A stretch of DNA of 64,000 nucleotides from a virus. Below the pieces are notes generated by a model. The model had not been told where the DNA came from and searched no databases. It saw only the letters and a list, made by a program, of their open reading frames with translations. Shown one piece after another: positions 49,491 to 59,396 of this stretch. The stretch is from the IMG/VR virus record IMGVR_UViG_3300027833_000016; one strand, given 5' to 3'. The position numbers were made by a program, and so were the translations under genes. Every line of letters begins with the position of its first letter. Within the stretch, counting starts at the first letter, position 1.

Positions 49491-49915
49491 CTAAATGGAA
49501 TGAAGCACATATGCGAACCGCAGAGAACTATGCAAGTCTCTCTTCGGCAAAGCGACTAAAGGTTGGATGTGTTATTGTGAAGGACAACCGCATCATCTCA
49601 ATAGGATACAATGGTATGCCTAGTGGATGGGACAACAACTGCGAACATGAAGTAGAGACGTGGCCACGCGGCAGGAAACTAGTCACTAAAGACGAAGTTC
49701 TACACGCAGAAGCAAATGCAATAACAAAGGTTGCAATGTCCTCTGAATCATGTTATAATGGAGACATATATACAACTACTGCCCCTTGCTTAGAGTGTGC
49801 TAAGTTGATATATCAAAGCGGTATTAGTAATGTGTTCTATCGTACTCCGCACTTGCGCAGTGAAGATGGTATTAAGTTCCTTGACAAATGTGATATAAAT
49901 GTGATACAATTATGA
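49487..49915 (+). CDS. cd: dCMP deaminase
   Basis: KVGCVIV, GYNG, HAEANA, PCLEC. Confidence 0.93.
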   Translation: MTKWNEAHMRTAENYASLSSAKRLKVGCVIVKDNRIISIGYNGMPSGWDNNCEHEVETWPRGRKLVTKDEVLHAEANAITKVAMSSESCYNGDIYTTTAPCLECAKLIYQSGISNVFYRTPHLRSEDGIKFLDKCDINVIQL

Positions 49916-50571
49916 CTACTAAGAATATGAACGGCAGTATTGAGATGGGGCGAGAGGATAATATCCTATACTTTCCTAATAATATTGATGTTCGTATGTG
50001 TTGCAAGAATGGAATGTCTACTCTAAAGGAAGCATACCGAAGGGTCAAGGATCTTCCGACAGACGAGAAACTTGATTCTAGGATAGAAAATGTATCTAAG
50101 AAATCTGATATGTTCGACATCCCTTTCCGCAGGGGTTCTTATCGTATTGCAGTAAGGCGTGATCCGATTGATAGGTTCAAGTCTGCGTGTGAGTTTATCA
50201 TGGACGCACGAGCATACTATATCAAGGAAGGTAGGTTTCTTCCTGATATTGCTATAGAGTTAGATCAAGTGATTGATGATCTAGAACAAGGTAAGTATAG
50301 AGACAACCACTTCTATACTCAGACCTACTATATGGGACTACCTCAAGATTATGATATGGTCTATCATATTGACGAGTTACCCAAGTTACTTGCATTCCTA
50401 CAAGATGCAACTGAGACTGACAGAGAGATAATACATATACATGAGAACAAGACCAAATTGAAGTTATACAACGGTGCGATTGACCCCGAACATATGACTA
50501 AACTTCGTAATTTTTATTTAAAGGACTTCATCAATGGTTGGTGCAAACAAGACGACTTTATCCCCTTTTGA
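49912..50571 (+). CDS. Sulfotransferase-family protein
   Basis: KNGMSTLK (5'-PSB-like), RRDPIDRFKSA (3'-PB-like), NHFYTQ. Confidence 0.7.
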   Translation: MTTKNMNGSIEMGREDNILYFPNNIDVRMCCKNGMSTLKEAYRRVKDLPTDEKLDSRIENVSKKSDMFDIPFRRGSYRIAVRRDPIDRFKSACEFIMDARAYYIKEGRFLPDIAIELDQVIDDLEQGKYRDNHFYTQTYYMGLPQDYDMVYHIDELPKLLAFLQDATETDREIIHIHENKTKLKLYNGAIDPEHMTKLRNFYLKDFINGWCKQDDFIPF

Positions 50572-50935
50572 CTTTCTCAAGAGTATCAATGATACTAAGA
50601 AGAATATCATGGAGTTACCCGAACACGAAAAGATGTATGTACCATTTGTTACAAACAGAAGTCTCTCATACTTCCCAGACACAGTATTACTGGCAAATGA
50701 GATGAACCGATACCACCATATCGACAGTAAGTTACAATATCAGTTTCTTATAAATATAGTTAGGAAGCGCAAACGCTTCTCTAAATGGGTGAAACCTGAA
50801 ATAGAGAATGATATTGAATCGGTGAAAGAATACTATGGATATAGTAATGACAAAGCACGTCAAGTACTCAGTCTTCTTTCTTCCGAACAACTAACTATAA
50901 TAAGAGATAAGGTGAGCAAAGGTGGAAGAAAATAA
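50534..50935 (+). CDS. gp62: Clamp loader small subunit gp62
   Basis: PFDFLKSIN, NRSLSYF, RKRKRFSKW, YYGYS. Confidence 0.92.
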   Translation: MVGANKTTLSPFDFLKSINDTKKNIMELPEHEKMYVPFVTNRSLSYFPDTVLLANEMNRYHHIDSKLQYQFLINIVRKRKRFSKWVKPEIENDIESVKEYYGYSNDKARQVLSLLSSEQLTIIRDKVSKGGRK

Positions 50936-51332
50936 TTTAGTAGAATGGAACTCTGGACTCATGTTAGAGATTACTCTAGCAGAACCCGATGACTTCTTAA
51001 AGGTCAAAGAGACACTAACAAGGATTGGTATCGCATCTAGACGTGATAACAAACTCTTTCAATCGTGTCATATCCTACACAAGCAAGGTCGGTACTTCAT
51101 AGTACACTTCAAAGAATTGTTTATGTTGGATGGAAAGAAGTCTAATCTAGAGGTAGGTGACGTGCAACGTAGAAATACAATTGCAACCTTACTACAGGAC
51201 TGGGGTCTAGTTGAGATACAGAATGGTGAGACTGCCAAAGATTGCGCACCTATGCGTACAATCAAGATCATAGGTTTCAAAGAGAAAGATCAGTGGGAGT
51301 TATGTCCCAAGTATAATATTGGCAACAAGTGA
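50922..51332 (+). CDS. regA: Translational repressor RegA
   Basis: DDFLKVKETLTRIG, QSCHILHKQGRYFIVHFKELF. Confidence 0.97.
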   Translation: MEENNLVEWNSGLMLEITLAEPDDFLKVKETLTRIGIASRRDNKLFQSCHILHKQGRYFIVHFKELFMLDGKKSNLEVGDVQRRNTIATLLQDWGLVEIQNGETAKDCAPMRTIKIIGFKEKDQWELCPKYNIGNK

Positions 51333-51339
51333 GACGTTT

Positions 51340-51879
51340 ATGTACGATATATTTAAAGATAGAGAAGACGATCTAGCAGATAAGCAATTCTTCTTTGGGA
51401 AACTTCCTTTCGAAGTAAGTGATGTGTATGACTGGAACAAACATATGGAGTTGCTTAATACGCACCCCGATAAGTTGATTGATTCCAATACCAACAAGTT
51501 TAGGATAGGGTTGAATTGCTTTCACGAGAGACCCTCTGCTCCTGACTTCGCACGTCATATCGAAAGCGAGATGCAAGAAGTATTCTCTATGCACAACGAG
51601 AACGGTGGATCAATTACCAACATTGCCTTTACTGGCATAGGTAAGAACTCTGACTCATACCCTTGGCACAACGATACAATGGACGTATTTTTAGTTCAGG
51701 TTTTGGCAAGCGTGGAGATGAGAGTAGAAGGGCACAACGATGACAAACCGTTCTGGTTCAATCCCGGAGATTATGTGTGGTTACCTCGTGGCACACACCA
51801 CCAGATAATACCGCACGACAGTAGAGTCTCGTTTAGTTTTGGCGTTGAAGGTTCACCTGACCCTGCGACTTACTTCTAA
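51340..51879 (+). CDS. Cupin/JmjC-like oxygenase
   Basis: WHNDTMDVF (HxD), PGDYVWLPRGTHH, RVSFSFG. Confidence 0.75.
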   Translation: MYDIFKDREDDLADKQFFFGKLPFEVSDVYDWNKHMELLNTHPDKLIDSNTNKFRIGLNCFHERPSAPDFARHIESEMQEVFSMHNENGGSITNIAFTGIGKNSDSYPWHNDTMDVFLVQVLASVEMRVEGHNDDKPFWFNPGDYVWLPRGTHHQIIPHDSRVSFSFGVEGSPDPATYF

Positions 51880-51980
51880 CACACAACTATATGTATTAAC
51901 TAGTTATAAGAGTTAGGTGCCATTCCGGTATTACATTTAGTTATATGCGGTATCAGTTACATACCAAAGACGTTATGCGG

Positions 51981-51988
51981 TATAAATA
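51981..51988 (+). promoter_or_regulatory. gp55 late promoter
   Basis: Intergenic TATAAATA upstream of the peptide and GT genes. Confidence 0.8.
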
Positions 51989-52034
51989 ATGACGTAAGCA
52001 GAATGGTCTGCTTACTAATTGAGAGAACAAAAGC

Positions 52035-52136
52035 ATGAACAGCAAGATTGATCGCAGAGTCGAGAGATTCAGCACACCTATAGTAACAGTTATATTTTTC
52101 TACACAATGGTATTGGCACTGATACCACTAGTATAA
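52035..52136 (+). CDS. 33-aa single-pass membrane peptide (not in ORF track)
   Basis: MNSKIDRRVERFSTPIVTVIFFYTMVLALIPLV; GAGAG RBS; late promoter at 51981. Confidence 0.6.
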   Translation: MNSKIDRRVERFSTPIVTVIFFYTMVLALIPLV

Positions 52137-52190
52137 GTAGTATTGAATGGAGGGGCAGTCTATGTCCCTCAAACCTTTAAGGAATTTGTA

Positions 52191-53000
52191 ATGAACCTCA
52201 TATACCAGTACTGGGATGGCCCAGTTAGAGAATCCTGCCAAGCAGGTGTTAATGCAATGAAGAAGTATGCCAAGTCTATTGGTGCTGAGTACCTCTTCGA
52301 AGAGAATCCCAATTGGTTGCGTTCCACTTTCAAGTACGACTTCGGTAACTACTCCCCTCACTACGGTGCATTCAAACCAGTCTATGACGAGTCCTTCGAC
52401 AAGTATGATAAGATCATGTTTGTGGATACGGACGTATTTCCTGTGGATGGTCTAAAAGAAAACATCTTTGATGAGTTCACTGGTGAGATTGGTATCTGCA
52501 CAGAACCCGAACAGTCTCGTATCCGTACCATTACTCGTGGACGTATCACACATGATACGGACGAACGATGGGGCGAGATGCTGAAGAATATGTTCAACAC
52601 ACAAGTACCTCGTGATCGGTATGGTATTATCGCATACAACACTGGAGTTGTCTTGTATTCAAAAGAAGGACGAGTCAAGGCACGAGAGAAGTTTCAAGAC
52701 TTCAAACAATATGTCGATACTGTAAGACGTATGGGATTGGATAGTTTCTATACTTGTGACCAACCTTACCTTCATGCCCAGATGTTTATCCATGATATGG
52801 ATGTACAAGATATGGACAATGGATGGAACTCCTATGTACACTATGCTAAGATCAAGGGTAACCCTGAACTAGACTTGTGTGACTGGAGAACCAAAGATAC
52901 TAAGATGGTACACGTTCAGTTGATGGGTGCTGATAGTAAAGATACAGCATGGCATTGGAACATAGTCAATATGCCTCAGAATATGTGGAACCTAGATTAG
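52191..53000 (+). CDS. Glycosyltransferase-like protein
   Basis: YAKSIGAEY, FVDTD (DxD), NTGVV, DQPYL, WN; AAGGA RBS before ATG 52191. Confidence 0.72.
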   Translation: MNLIYQYWDGPVRESCQAGVNAMKKYAKSIGAEYLFEENPNWLRSTFKYDFGNYSPHYGAFKPVYDESFDKYDKIMFVDTDVFPVDGLKENIFDEFTGEIGICTEPEQSRIRTITRGRITHDTDERWGEMLKNMFNTQVPRDRYGIIAYNTGVVLYSKEGRVKAREKFQDFKQYVDTVRRMGLDSFYTCDQPYLHAQMFIHDMDVQDMDNGWNSYVHYAKIKGNPELDLCDWRTKDTKMVHVQLMGADSKDTAWHWNIVNMPQNMWNLD

Positions 53001-53791
53001 TGATAGCATACCAGATTGTAATCAAGGGAAATGAAATCTCCGAGGCATATGCCAAGATCTCTCTAGAGTCGTTTCAACCTCTCCTAGACGCAGGTGTTAT
53101 TTCTGAAATAAGAACCTTTGATGCGATAACCCCTGAGTCTGATAACTACCAAGAACACTTGGATAGGTACACTTGGGCAAAGTCACTTATGAGAGCAGAT
53201 GTTCTGAGTGAAAACACCAAGGAGATGCATTCCCCCACAGAGATGGCAGGGATGTGTTCTCATTGGGAACTTATGCGTATGGCAAGCGAGGCAGACGAAG
53301 ACTTCCTTGTACTAGAACACGACTCATACTTCAATGGGAATGTAGGACAGTTTAGACAACTATGCGATATGGATGTTCTCTATCGCAACATAGGATTGTT
53401 CATGGGGTGTTATAGTCTAGAGAGTAAAACCGCAGGGTGGATGTATAACGCATTGACTAATGCTGAGTTTCCTATCAACTGTGGCCCGTACTGTACTCTT
53501 CAGAGATTGTTTGCCACATACACAACTAATGTGTTGAAACCTCAAAACTACCGAGGACGTGCTACTACTGTCATCCATCCTTGGTCGAGTTGTACCACTC
53601 TATACTTTGGTCGTAACGTACAGAGACCATTCAATAAACCAGATAAGAACGAAGACACTAACGAGTGGAGACTACCAAGCACTCAGGTGGTGTCTAAGTC
53701 TATGAAGGTTACCCAAGACCATCATGGTTACAAAGAAGGATATATAGAAGAACCTTGGACTAAGAACAAGAATCTCTTAGTTATTGAATAA
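53000..53791 (+). CDS. Glycosyltransferase family 25-like protein
   Basis: FDAITP, EMAGMCSHWELM, LVLEHD; GTG start overlaps the upstream stop. Confidence 0.68.
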   Translation: MIAYQIVIKGNEISEAYAKISLESFQPLLDAGVISEIRTFDAITPESDNYQEHLDRYTWAKSLMRADVLSENTKEMHSPTEMAGMCSHWELMRMASEADEDFLVLEHDSYFNGNVGQFRQLCDMDVLYRNIGLFMGCYSLESKTAGWMYNALTNAEFPINCGPYCTLQRLFATYTTNVLKPQNYRGRATTVIHPWSSCTTLYFGRNVQRPFNKPDKNEDTNEWRLPSTQVVSKSMKVTQDHHGYKEGYIEEPWTKNKNLLVIE

Positions 53792-53796
53792 AGTAC

Positions 53797-53825
53797 TTGC
53801 ATTATCAGATTACCTATGGTATAAT
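53797..53825 (+). promoter_or_regulatory. sigma70-type early promoter (dam)
   Basis: TTGCAT-N17-TATAAT with TGn. Confidence 0.7.
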
Positions 53826-53854
53826 GGTACCCTATTGAGCAATAGAGTTATATT

Positions 53855-54739
53855 ATGAAGTACAAAGATCTAAAGACTCCTCTGAGATATCCCGGTGGTA
53901 AGACTCGTGCAATCAAGTTTCTATTTGACGAGCAACAGATGCCTACTCGCGAGATCAAAGAATACCGTGAACCATTCCTTGGGGGTGGTTCTCCTGCCAT
54001 CGCCTTCTCCAAAGCAAACCCAGACACACCAGTGTGGGTCAACGACAAGTACTACAACCTGTACTGCTTCTGGATTACCTTACAGAAAGAAGGTCAGAGA
54101 CTTGCAGACAAGTTAACTGATGTTAAGAACGAGTTGATGGATACCGAAGATCCCCTTCAGTCTCACCTTGGTTACTATAAGGTTATGCGTGAAGGTCTTG
54201 CCACAGCAACAGATCCATTCGAGATCGCGTGGATGTTCTATATTATGAATAGGTGTTCGTTCTCTGGTCTAGGTGAGTCTACTGGTTCGTTCAGTAAACT
54301 TGCGTGTTTCGATAAGTTCAAGCACAGTATGATCAGCAAACTACCAATGTATGCCGCTATAATGAAGAACTGGAAGATCACCAACCTAGACTATGCTGAA
54401 GTACTAGAGGGTGCCGACCAAGATACATTCATCTTCGCAGATCCTCCATATGATATCAAGTCATTTATCTATGGCAATGGTGGAGATATGCACGACTCTT
54501 TCTGTCACAAAAGATTCCATGATGATATGACCGCATCTGGTGGAATGACTATGATTACCTACAACAGTAACGATCAACTTAAAGAGGCATATTGTGAGTG
54601 GGATCAACTTGACTGGGACTTGACCTATAGTATGAACTCAACTGCTAAGTACGTTAAGGAACAAGCAAAGCGCAAAGAACTTCTGCTTCGCAACTACTCC
54701 TATCCTAACGCCATTACCTTGGATGGATTCTTTAGTTGA
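53855..54739 (+). CDS. dam: DNA adenine methyltransferase (D12 class)
   Basis: PLRYPGGK, EPFLGGGS, DPPY. Confidence 0.9.
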   Translation: MKYKDLKTPLRYPGGKTRAIKFLFDEQQMPTREIKEYREPFLGGGSPAIAFSKANPDTPVWVNDKYYNLYCFWITLQKEGQRLADKLTDVKNELMDTEDPLQSHLGYYKVMREGLATATDPFEIAWMFYIMNRCSFSGLGESTGSFSKLACFDKFKHSMISKLPMYAAIMKNWKITNLDYAEVLEGADQDTFIFADPPYDIKSFIYGNGGDMHDSFCHKRFHDDMTASGGMTMITYNSNDQLKEAYCEWDQLDWDLTYSMNSTAKYVKEQAKRKELLLRNYSYPNAITLDGFFS

Positions 54740-54764
54740 CAAGACCTCTGCTTCGTGGTATAAT
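54736..54764 (+). promoter_or_regulatory. sigma70-type early promoter (gp43)
   Basis: TTGACA-N17-TATAAT with TGn. Confidence 0.85.
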
Positions 54765-54797
54765 ACCTACATATAACATCAAACACCGAGCGAGAAT

Positions 54798-57269
54798 ATG
54801 ACAGAATTTTATACATCCGTGAATCGTGCAGGTAACTCTATCCTGTACCGTGGATACAAAGACGGCAAGTCCGTCAAGGTGAAAGTACCTTTCAAACCCA
54901 CAATGTATGTTACCTCCCAGACCGCACCTAAGTCTGGGTGGACTGCATTGGATGGCACACCTGTAGAACCAGTGACCTTCGACACCATGAAGGAAGCAAC
55001 CGAGTTCAACAAGATGTACGATAACATTGCCAACTTCAAGGTCTATGGTAATGCCAACTATCAAGCACAGTTCATTGCCGAGGTCTTTCCTAACAAGGTT
55101 CCTTATGATGTTTCCCTAATCAAGACTTGCACCATCGATATCGAGGTGGCATCCGATGAAGGATTCCCCGAACCTCGCGAAGCAAAGTATCCTGTCATCT
55201 CTATTGCTATGTCAACCAACGATGGTGACTACTTCGTATGGGGACTCAATGACTATACAGTCACACGCGATGATGTTGTTTTCATTAAATGTTCCTCCGA
55301 AGAAGATCTACTGATGAAGTGGATAGACCACTGGCAACACCATTACCCAGATGTCATCACTGGTTGGAACAGTATGGGATTCGATATACCTTATATGGTC
55401 AATCGTATCAGATCTAAGTTCGGTGAGACTACGGTCAAGCGTCTGTCTCCGTGGGGCATGATTGGCGAACGCAACCATACTAACTTCGGTCAACCGACCC
55501 AGACTTATATCCTCAACGGTATCGAGCATCTTGATTACATGGAGATATACAAGAAGTTCACCTACAAGTTGCAGGAGTCTTACCGTCTTGACCACATTGC
55601 CTTTGTGGAACTTGGTGAGAACAAACTCTCCTATGAAGAGCATGGCAACCTCCATACTCTGTACAAAGAAGACTACCAGAAGTTCATCGACTACAACATC
55701 AAAGATGTGGAGTTGGTTGAGAACCTCGACAAGAAGTTAGATCTGATCTCCCTAGTGTTGACTATGGCATATCGTGGCGGTTGTAACTTTACCGAGACGT
55801 TAGGTACCGTGGCAATCTGGGACTCGATCATCTTCCGTCTGCTGAACAAGCGGAAGGTTGCCGTACCCCCGAAGGTAGAGAAACCCAAGACCTCATTTCC
55901 CGGTGGTTATGTTAAAGAACCACAGGTTGGATCTCACGACTGGGTAACATCCTTTGACTTGAACTCTCTGTATCCTATGATCATTGTCCAGAACAATATG
56001 TCACCCGAAACTGTGATCGATGGTATCGAGCATGGCGTGTCCGTGGATAGTTTCCTTGATGGAGACACCAAGGTTAATAAGGGTGGTTACTGTTTGGCAC
56101 CGACTGGTGTTAGGTTCGCCCATGATAAGGTTGGTGTGATCCCGACTATCATTAGCGAGTACTATGCCGAGCGTAGATTGATCAAGCAAGAGATGCTCAA
56201 GACCGAGCAGTTGCACCAAGACAATCCTAGCAAGGAACTTGAGTACAAGATCACGTCCCTCAACAACCAACAGATGGCAATCAAGATTCTTATGAACTCC
56301 CTCTATGGTGCGTTGGGTAACCGATGGTTCCGTTACTTTGATCAACGTGTTGCCGAGTCTATTACACTCGCAGGTCAGTTGGCAATCAAGTGGGCAGAAC
56401 GTGCCGTCAACAACGAGATGCAGAAACTTCTCAAGACAGACGAGGACTACGTTGTCGCGATTGATACTGACTCCGTGTATATCCGTATGGGTGCATTGGT
56501 TGATCAGTTCGCCCCCAAGGATCCAGTCAAGTTCCTAGACAAGATCTGCTCCGAACACTTCGAGAAGATCCTCGTGTCTGCATACTCTGATATGGCAGAT
56601 GTGACTGGTGCTTACGTCAACCGCATGGAGATGGGTCGAGAGGTTATTGCCTCGCGTGGTATCTGGACTGCAAAGAAACGTTACATCTTATCCGTCCACA
56701 ATAACGAGGGTGTCCAGTACGCAGAACCCAAACTCAAGATGATGGGTATCGAAGCAATCAAGTCTTCGACTCCTATGGTCTGCCGCGACAACTTCAAGGA
56801 TATCTTCAAGTTGATCATCGAAGGATCCGAACTCGACATCCAGAACTTTATCAAGGACTTCAGGTCTAGGTTCCGACAGTTGCCGCCCGAAGACGTATCG
56901 TTCCCTCGTGGTATCAATGATATCAAGAAGTGGTATGACCGCAAGACTGTGTTCAAGAAGTCTACCCCGATCCATTGTCGAGGTGCGTTGTTCTTCAACA
57001 AGGCAATCAAAGACGCAGGTTTAGATAAGAAGTACGAACCTATCAAGAATGGCGAGAAGATCAAGTTCGCGTACATGAAGATGCCCAACCCGATGAAGTC
57101 TAACGTGTTCGCATTCCCTATGCGACTGCCACCTGAGTTAGGTATGCACAAGTATGTTGACTATGACTTTATGTTCGACAAGACATTCCTTGATCCATTG
57201 ACCCCTATCCTAGATGCCGTTGGATGGGATGCCGAACCGCAAGCATCACTAGAGGAGTTCTTCGGATAA
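54798..57269 (+). CDS. gp43: Family B DNA polymerase gp43 (unsplit)
   Basis: DIEV exonuclease motif, [24 protein letters not shown]. Confidence 0.98.
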   Translation: MTEFYTSVNRAGNSILYRGYKDGKSVKVKVPFKPTMYVTSQTAPKSGWTALDGTPVEPVTFDTMKEATEFNKMYDNIANFKVYGNANYQAQFIAEVFPNKVPYDVSLIKTCTIDIEVASDEGFPEPREAKYPVISIAMSTNDGDYFVWGLNDYTVTRDDVVFIKCSSEEDLLMKWIDHWQHHYPDVITGWNSMGFDIPYMVNRIRSKFGETTVKRLSPWGMIGERNHTNFGQPTQTYILNGIEHLDYMEIYKKFTYKLQESYRLDHIAFVELGENKLSYEEHGNLHTLYKEDYQKFIDYNIKDVELVENLDKKLDLISLVLTMAYRGGCNFTETLGTVAIWDSIIFRLLNKRKVAVPPKVEKPKTSFPGGYVKEPQVGSHDWVTSFDLNSLYPMIIVQNNMSPETVIDGIEHGVSVDSFLDGDTKVNKGGYCLAPTGVRFAHDKVGVIPTIISEYYAERRLIKQEMLKTEQLHQDNPSKELEYKITSLNNQQMAIKILMNSLYGALGNRWFRYFDQRVAESITLAGQLAIKWAERAVNNEMQKLLKTDEDYVVAIDTDSVYIRMGALVDQFAPKDPVKFLDKICSEHFEKILVSAYSDMADVTGAYVNRMEMGREVIASRGIWTAKKRYILSVHNNEGVQYAEPKLKMMGIEAIKSSTPMVCRDNFKDIFKLIIEGSELDIQNFIKDFRSRFRQLPPEDVSFPRGINDIKKWYDRKTVFKKSTPIHCRGALFFNKAIKDAGLDKKYEPIKNGEKIKFAYMKMPNPMKSNVFAFPMRLPPELGMHKYVDYDFMFDKTFLDPLTPILDAVGWDAEPQASLEEFFG

Positions 57270-57724
57270 TGTTTAGATGGTCATCCGAACAGACTTGTGA
57301 AGTCAGTGAGACTGCGGTCATGTTAGATATAATGATGAAGGGGTGGATATGCTCTAAGTGGTCTCGTGACTCTATTGTGGATATTGTGATAGACAAGGGA
57401 AATTCTGTCTATGAGTCTTTGCAAGTAAAGTCCTTTACAGGTAATACTATACCTACTATTACTCGTAACGAACCTAATGGTAAACGTGCTACCTCTCTAT
57501 ATAAAGATCATGGTGTTACTTGGATTGCAGGGTACAAGAAAGATACCCATGAGATATATTATTATCATATCGATAACTATAGTAAGTTAAAAGACGGCAA
57601 ACCTATCAACATAAAGAAGATGTCCCAAGATGTTTTCCCGACCCATGAACCACCTATGCACAACGAATCAACGAGAAATAAGAAGGTCGTTATCGACCAA
57701 GGATTGGGGGAGTTCTTCGGATGA
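57269..57724 (+). CDS. PD-(D/E)xK-like endonuclease
   Basis: SE...GW.....D..VDIVID...LQVKS pattern; TAATG-coupled start at 57269. Confidence 0.6.
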   Translation: MFRWSSEQTCEVSETAVMLDIMMKGWICSKWSRDSIVDIVIDKGNSVYESLQVKSFTGNTIPTITRNEPNGKRATSLYKDHGVTWIAGYKKDTHEIYYYHIDNYSKLKDGKPINIKKMSQDVFPTHEPPMHNESTRNKKVVIDQGLGEFFG

Positions 57725-57912
57725 GAACGTATACAAAGTCGTATAAAGTACCAAAGTCAGGAAACTTTGAAGACAATAAACACGTTATTAAAGGTAAAGG
57801 AAACAAGATAACATTCGGATCTAAAAGAAAGACTCCATTATCCGAGATGGAGACTCGCTCCACAAACAAGTGGGATAGCATGGTAGATAGATGGATAGAA
57901 GATAATGAGTAA
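57721..57912 (+). CDS. Small basic hypothetical protein
   Basis: ATGA-coupled ORF. Confidence 0.55.
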   Translation: MRTYTKSYKVPKSGNFEDNKHVIKGKGNKITFGSKRKTPLSEMETRSTNKWDSMVDRWIEDNE

Positions 57913-58405
57913 ACACAACACTTACGATAGTATGAAGACACCAGATTTGTCCAGTCAAGACAAGAAAGCAATGAAGTCTCTAGATTCACAATGGTTAGAA
58001 ACTAAAGCACATAGAGATCACTGGGAAGGTGTTGTGAAGAGATATAAGGATAGAGGGCAGCCTGATTTCTTAATAGAACACGCAGAACGTATAGCAAAAC
58101 TCACCCATTGGGAATATCGGTTAGAGTGTAATGAAAATACACGACTATGGGAAGAAGAGAGGGACGAGTATGTTAGAGGAAATCCTATGAAGGAATCCGT
58201 GGTAGAGGAATTATATCGCAGATTCGATAAGATTATGGACGAATTCTGTGAAGAGAGTGACTCCGCATTGTGCTATGGTAGTAGTGTTCTTTGGTTAAGG
58301 GAATTACACCCTTTAGATATTATGAATAATAGTGATCTGGCGTTTGTGTATACTCCACTTATAAACTCACTTCACGGACAGTTCTTGAAGAAGCACGGAA
58401 AATGA
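57905..58405 (+). CDS. Hypothetical protein
   Basis: Overlap-coupled ORF. Confidence 0.6.
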   Translation: MSKHNTYDSMKTPDLSSQDKKAMKSLDSQWLETKAHRDHWEGVVKRYKDRGQPDFLIEHAERIAKLTHWEYRLECNENTRLWEEERDEYVRGNPMKESVVEELYRRFDKIMDEFCEESDSALCYGSSVLWLRELHPLDIMNNSDLAFVYTPLINSLHGQFLKKHGK

Positions 58406-58411
58406 TAACCC

Positions 58412-58441
58412 TTGACAAGGGCACACTTAGTGTGTTATAAT
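58412..58441 (+). promoter_or_regulatory. sigma70-type early promoter
   Basis: TTGACA-N18-TATAAT with TGn. Confidence 0.8.
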
Positions 58442-58448
58442 AGTACCT

Positions 58449-59396
58449 ATGATTAAATACGAACTAACAATATTTCAGTCTCAGTTTGACAACAAGACTC
58501 ATCGCAAGGTTGCTGTACAATCTTGGGGTGAGTTCGTGGGTCTGCTAGAAGGACTGTCTAGGAACAAAGGTGAGAAAGGTGGTAGAAATTCTAGTCCTCT
58601 TATTACTCCTGCTGTGTTTACCACTGGTACCACGCGTAGTAATGCTAATACTTTACGTTGGGGTGGTTGGTGCGCTGTTGACGTGGATCAGCATGATTTT
58701 GATACTGATGTTGAGGTATTAAAGAATGAACTCATTGATAGATTTCGCGATGTGGACTTCGTGTGTTACAGTACTGCTTCTTCTAGGGATACACACCTTA
58801 AATTTCGTCTGGTCTTCAGACTTGATGAGACTGTTGAAACTGATAGAATCAAACCCTTCTGGTTCGCATTTAATACTGCCATTGGCGAACTTGGTGATCC
58901 ACAGACAAAGGATCTTGCTCGAATGTACTACATACCTGCAATATACCCTGATGCTAATAATTTCTTCTTTAGTCACTTGGGGGGCAGTCCAGTTAATGTA
59001 TCTGAGGTGATTGCTAAGTATCCTTATGTGGAGAAGACTGGCAACTCATTCTTTGATCGGATGCCACCAGAGATGCAGAAGCAGGTAATAGAGCATCGTA
59101 AGAATGGACTAAATAATACTGACTTCAATTGGAACTCATACAGAGATTGTCCATTCTGGCCTAAACGATTAGGCATTGAGTACCAAACGATTAGCGGTGA
59201 GGGATGGTACTATAAGATGTATCAGATCATGGTCGCGGTTGCAGGTAGTGCGGTGTCTCGTGGATACCCTATCTCTGCTACACAGATTGCTGATCTCTGC
59301 AAAGAGTTTGACAATGAAACAGGTAAGTGGTACGAGAATCGTCCTCTCGCAAGAGAAGCAGATCGTGCCCTAGAATACGTCTACAGGAACGGATAA
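58449..59396 (+). CDS. Primase-polymerase-like (AEP/VirE-N type) protein
   Basis: AVDVD, YSTASS, KFRLVF, DPQTKDLARMYY; helical C-terminal domain. Confidence 0.65.
   Translation: MIKYELTIFQSQFDNKTHRKVAVQSWGEFVGLLEGLSRNKGEKGGRNSSPLITPAVFTTGTTRSNANTLRWGGWCAVDVDQHDFDTDVEVLKNELIDRFRDVDFVCYSTASSRDTHLKFRLVFRLDETVETDRIKPFWFAFNTAIGELGDPQTKDLARMYYIPAIYPDANNFFFSHLGGSPVNVSEVIAKYPYVEKTGNSFFDRMPPEMQKQVIEHRKNGLNNTDFNWNSYRDCPFWPKRLGIEYQTISGEGWYYKMYQIMVAVAGSAVSRGYPISATQIADLCKEFDNETGKWYENRPLAREADRALEYVYRNG

Noticed and set aside
22561-50756. Intragenic TATAAATA at 22561, 39123, 40315 and 50749
   Set aside because: These may be real, but they are inside genes or too close to a start codon, so they cannot be told from chance in AT-rich sequence.
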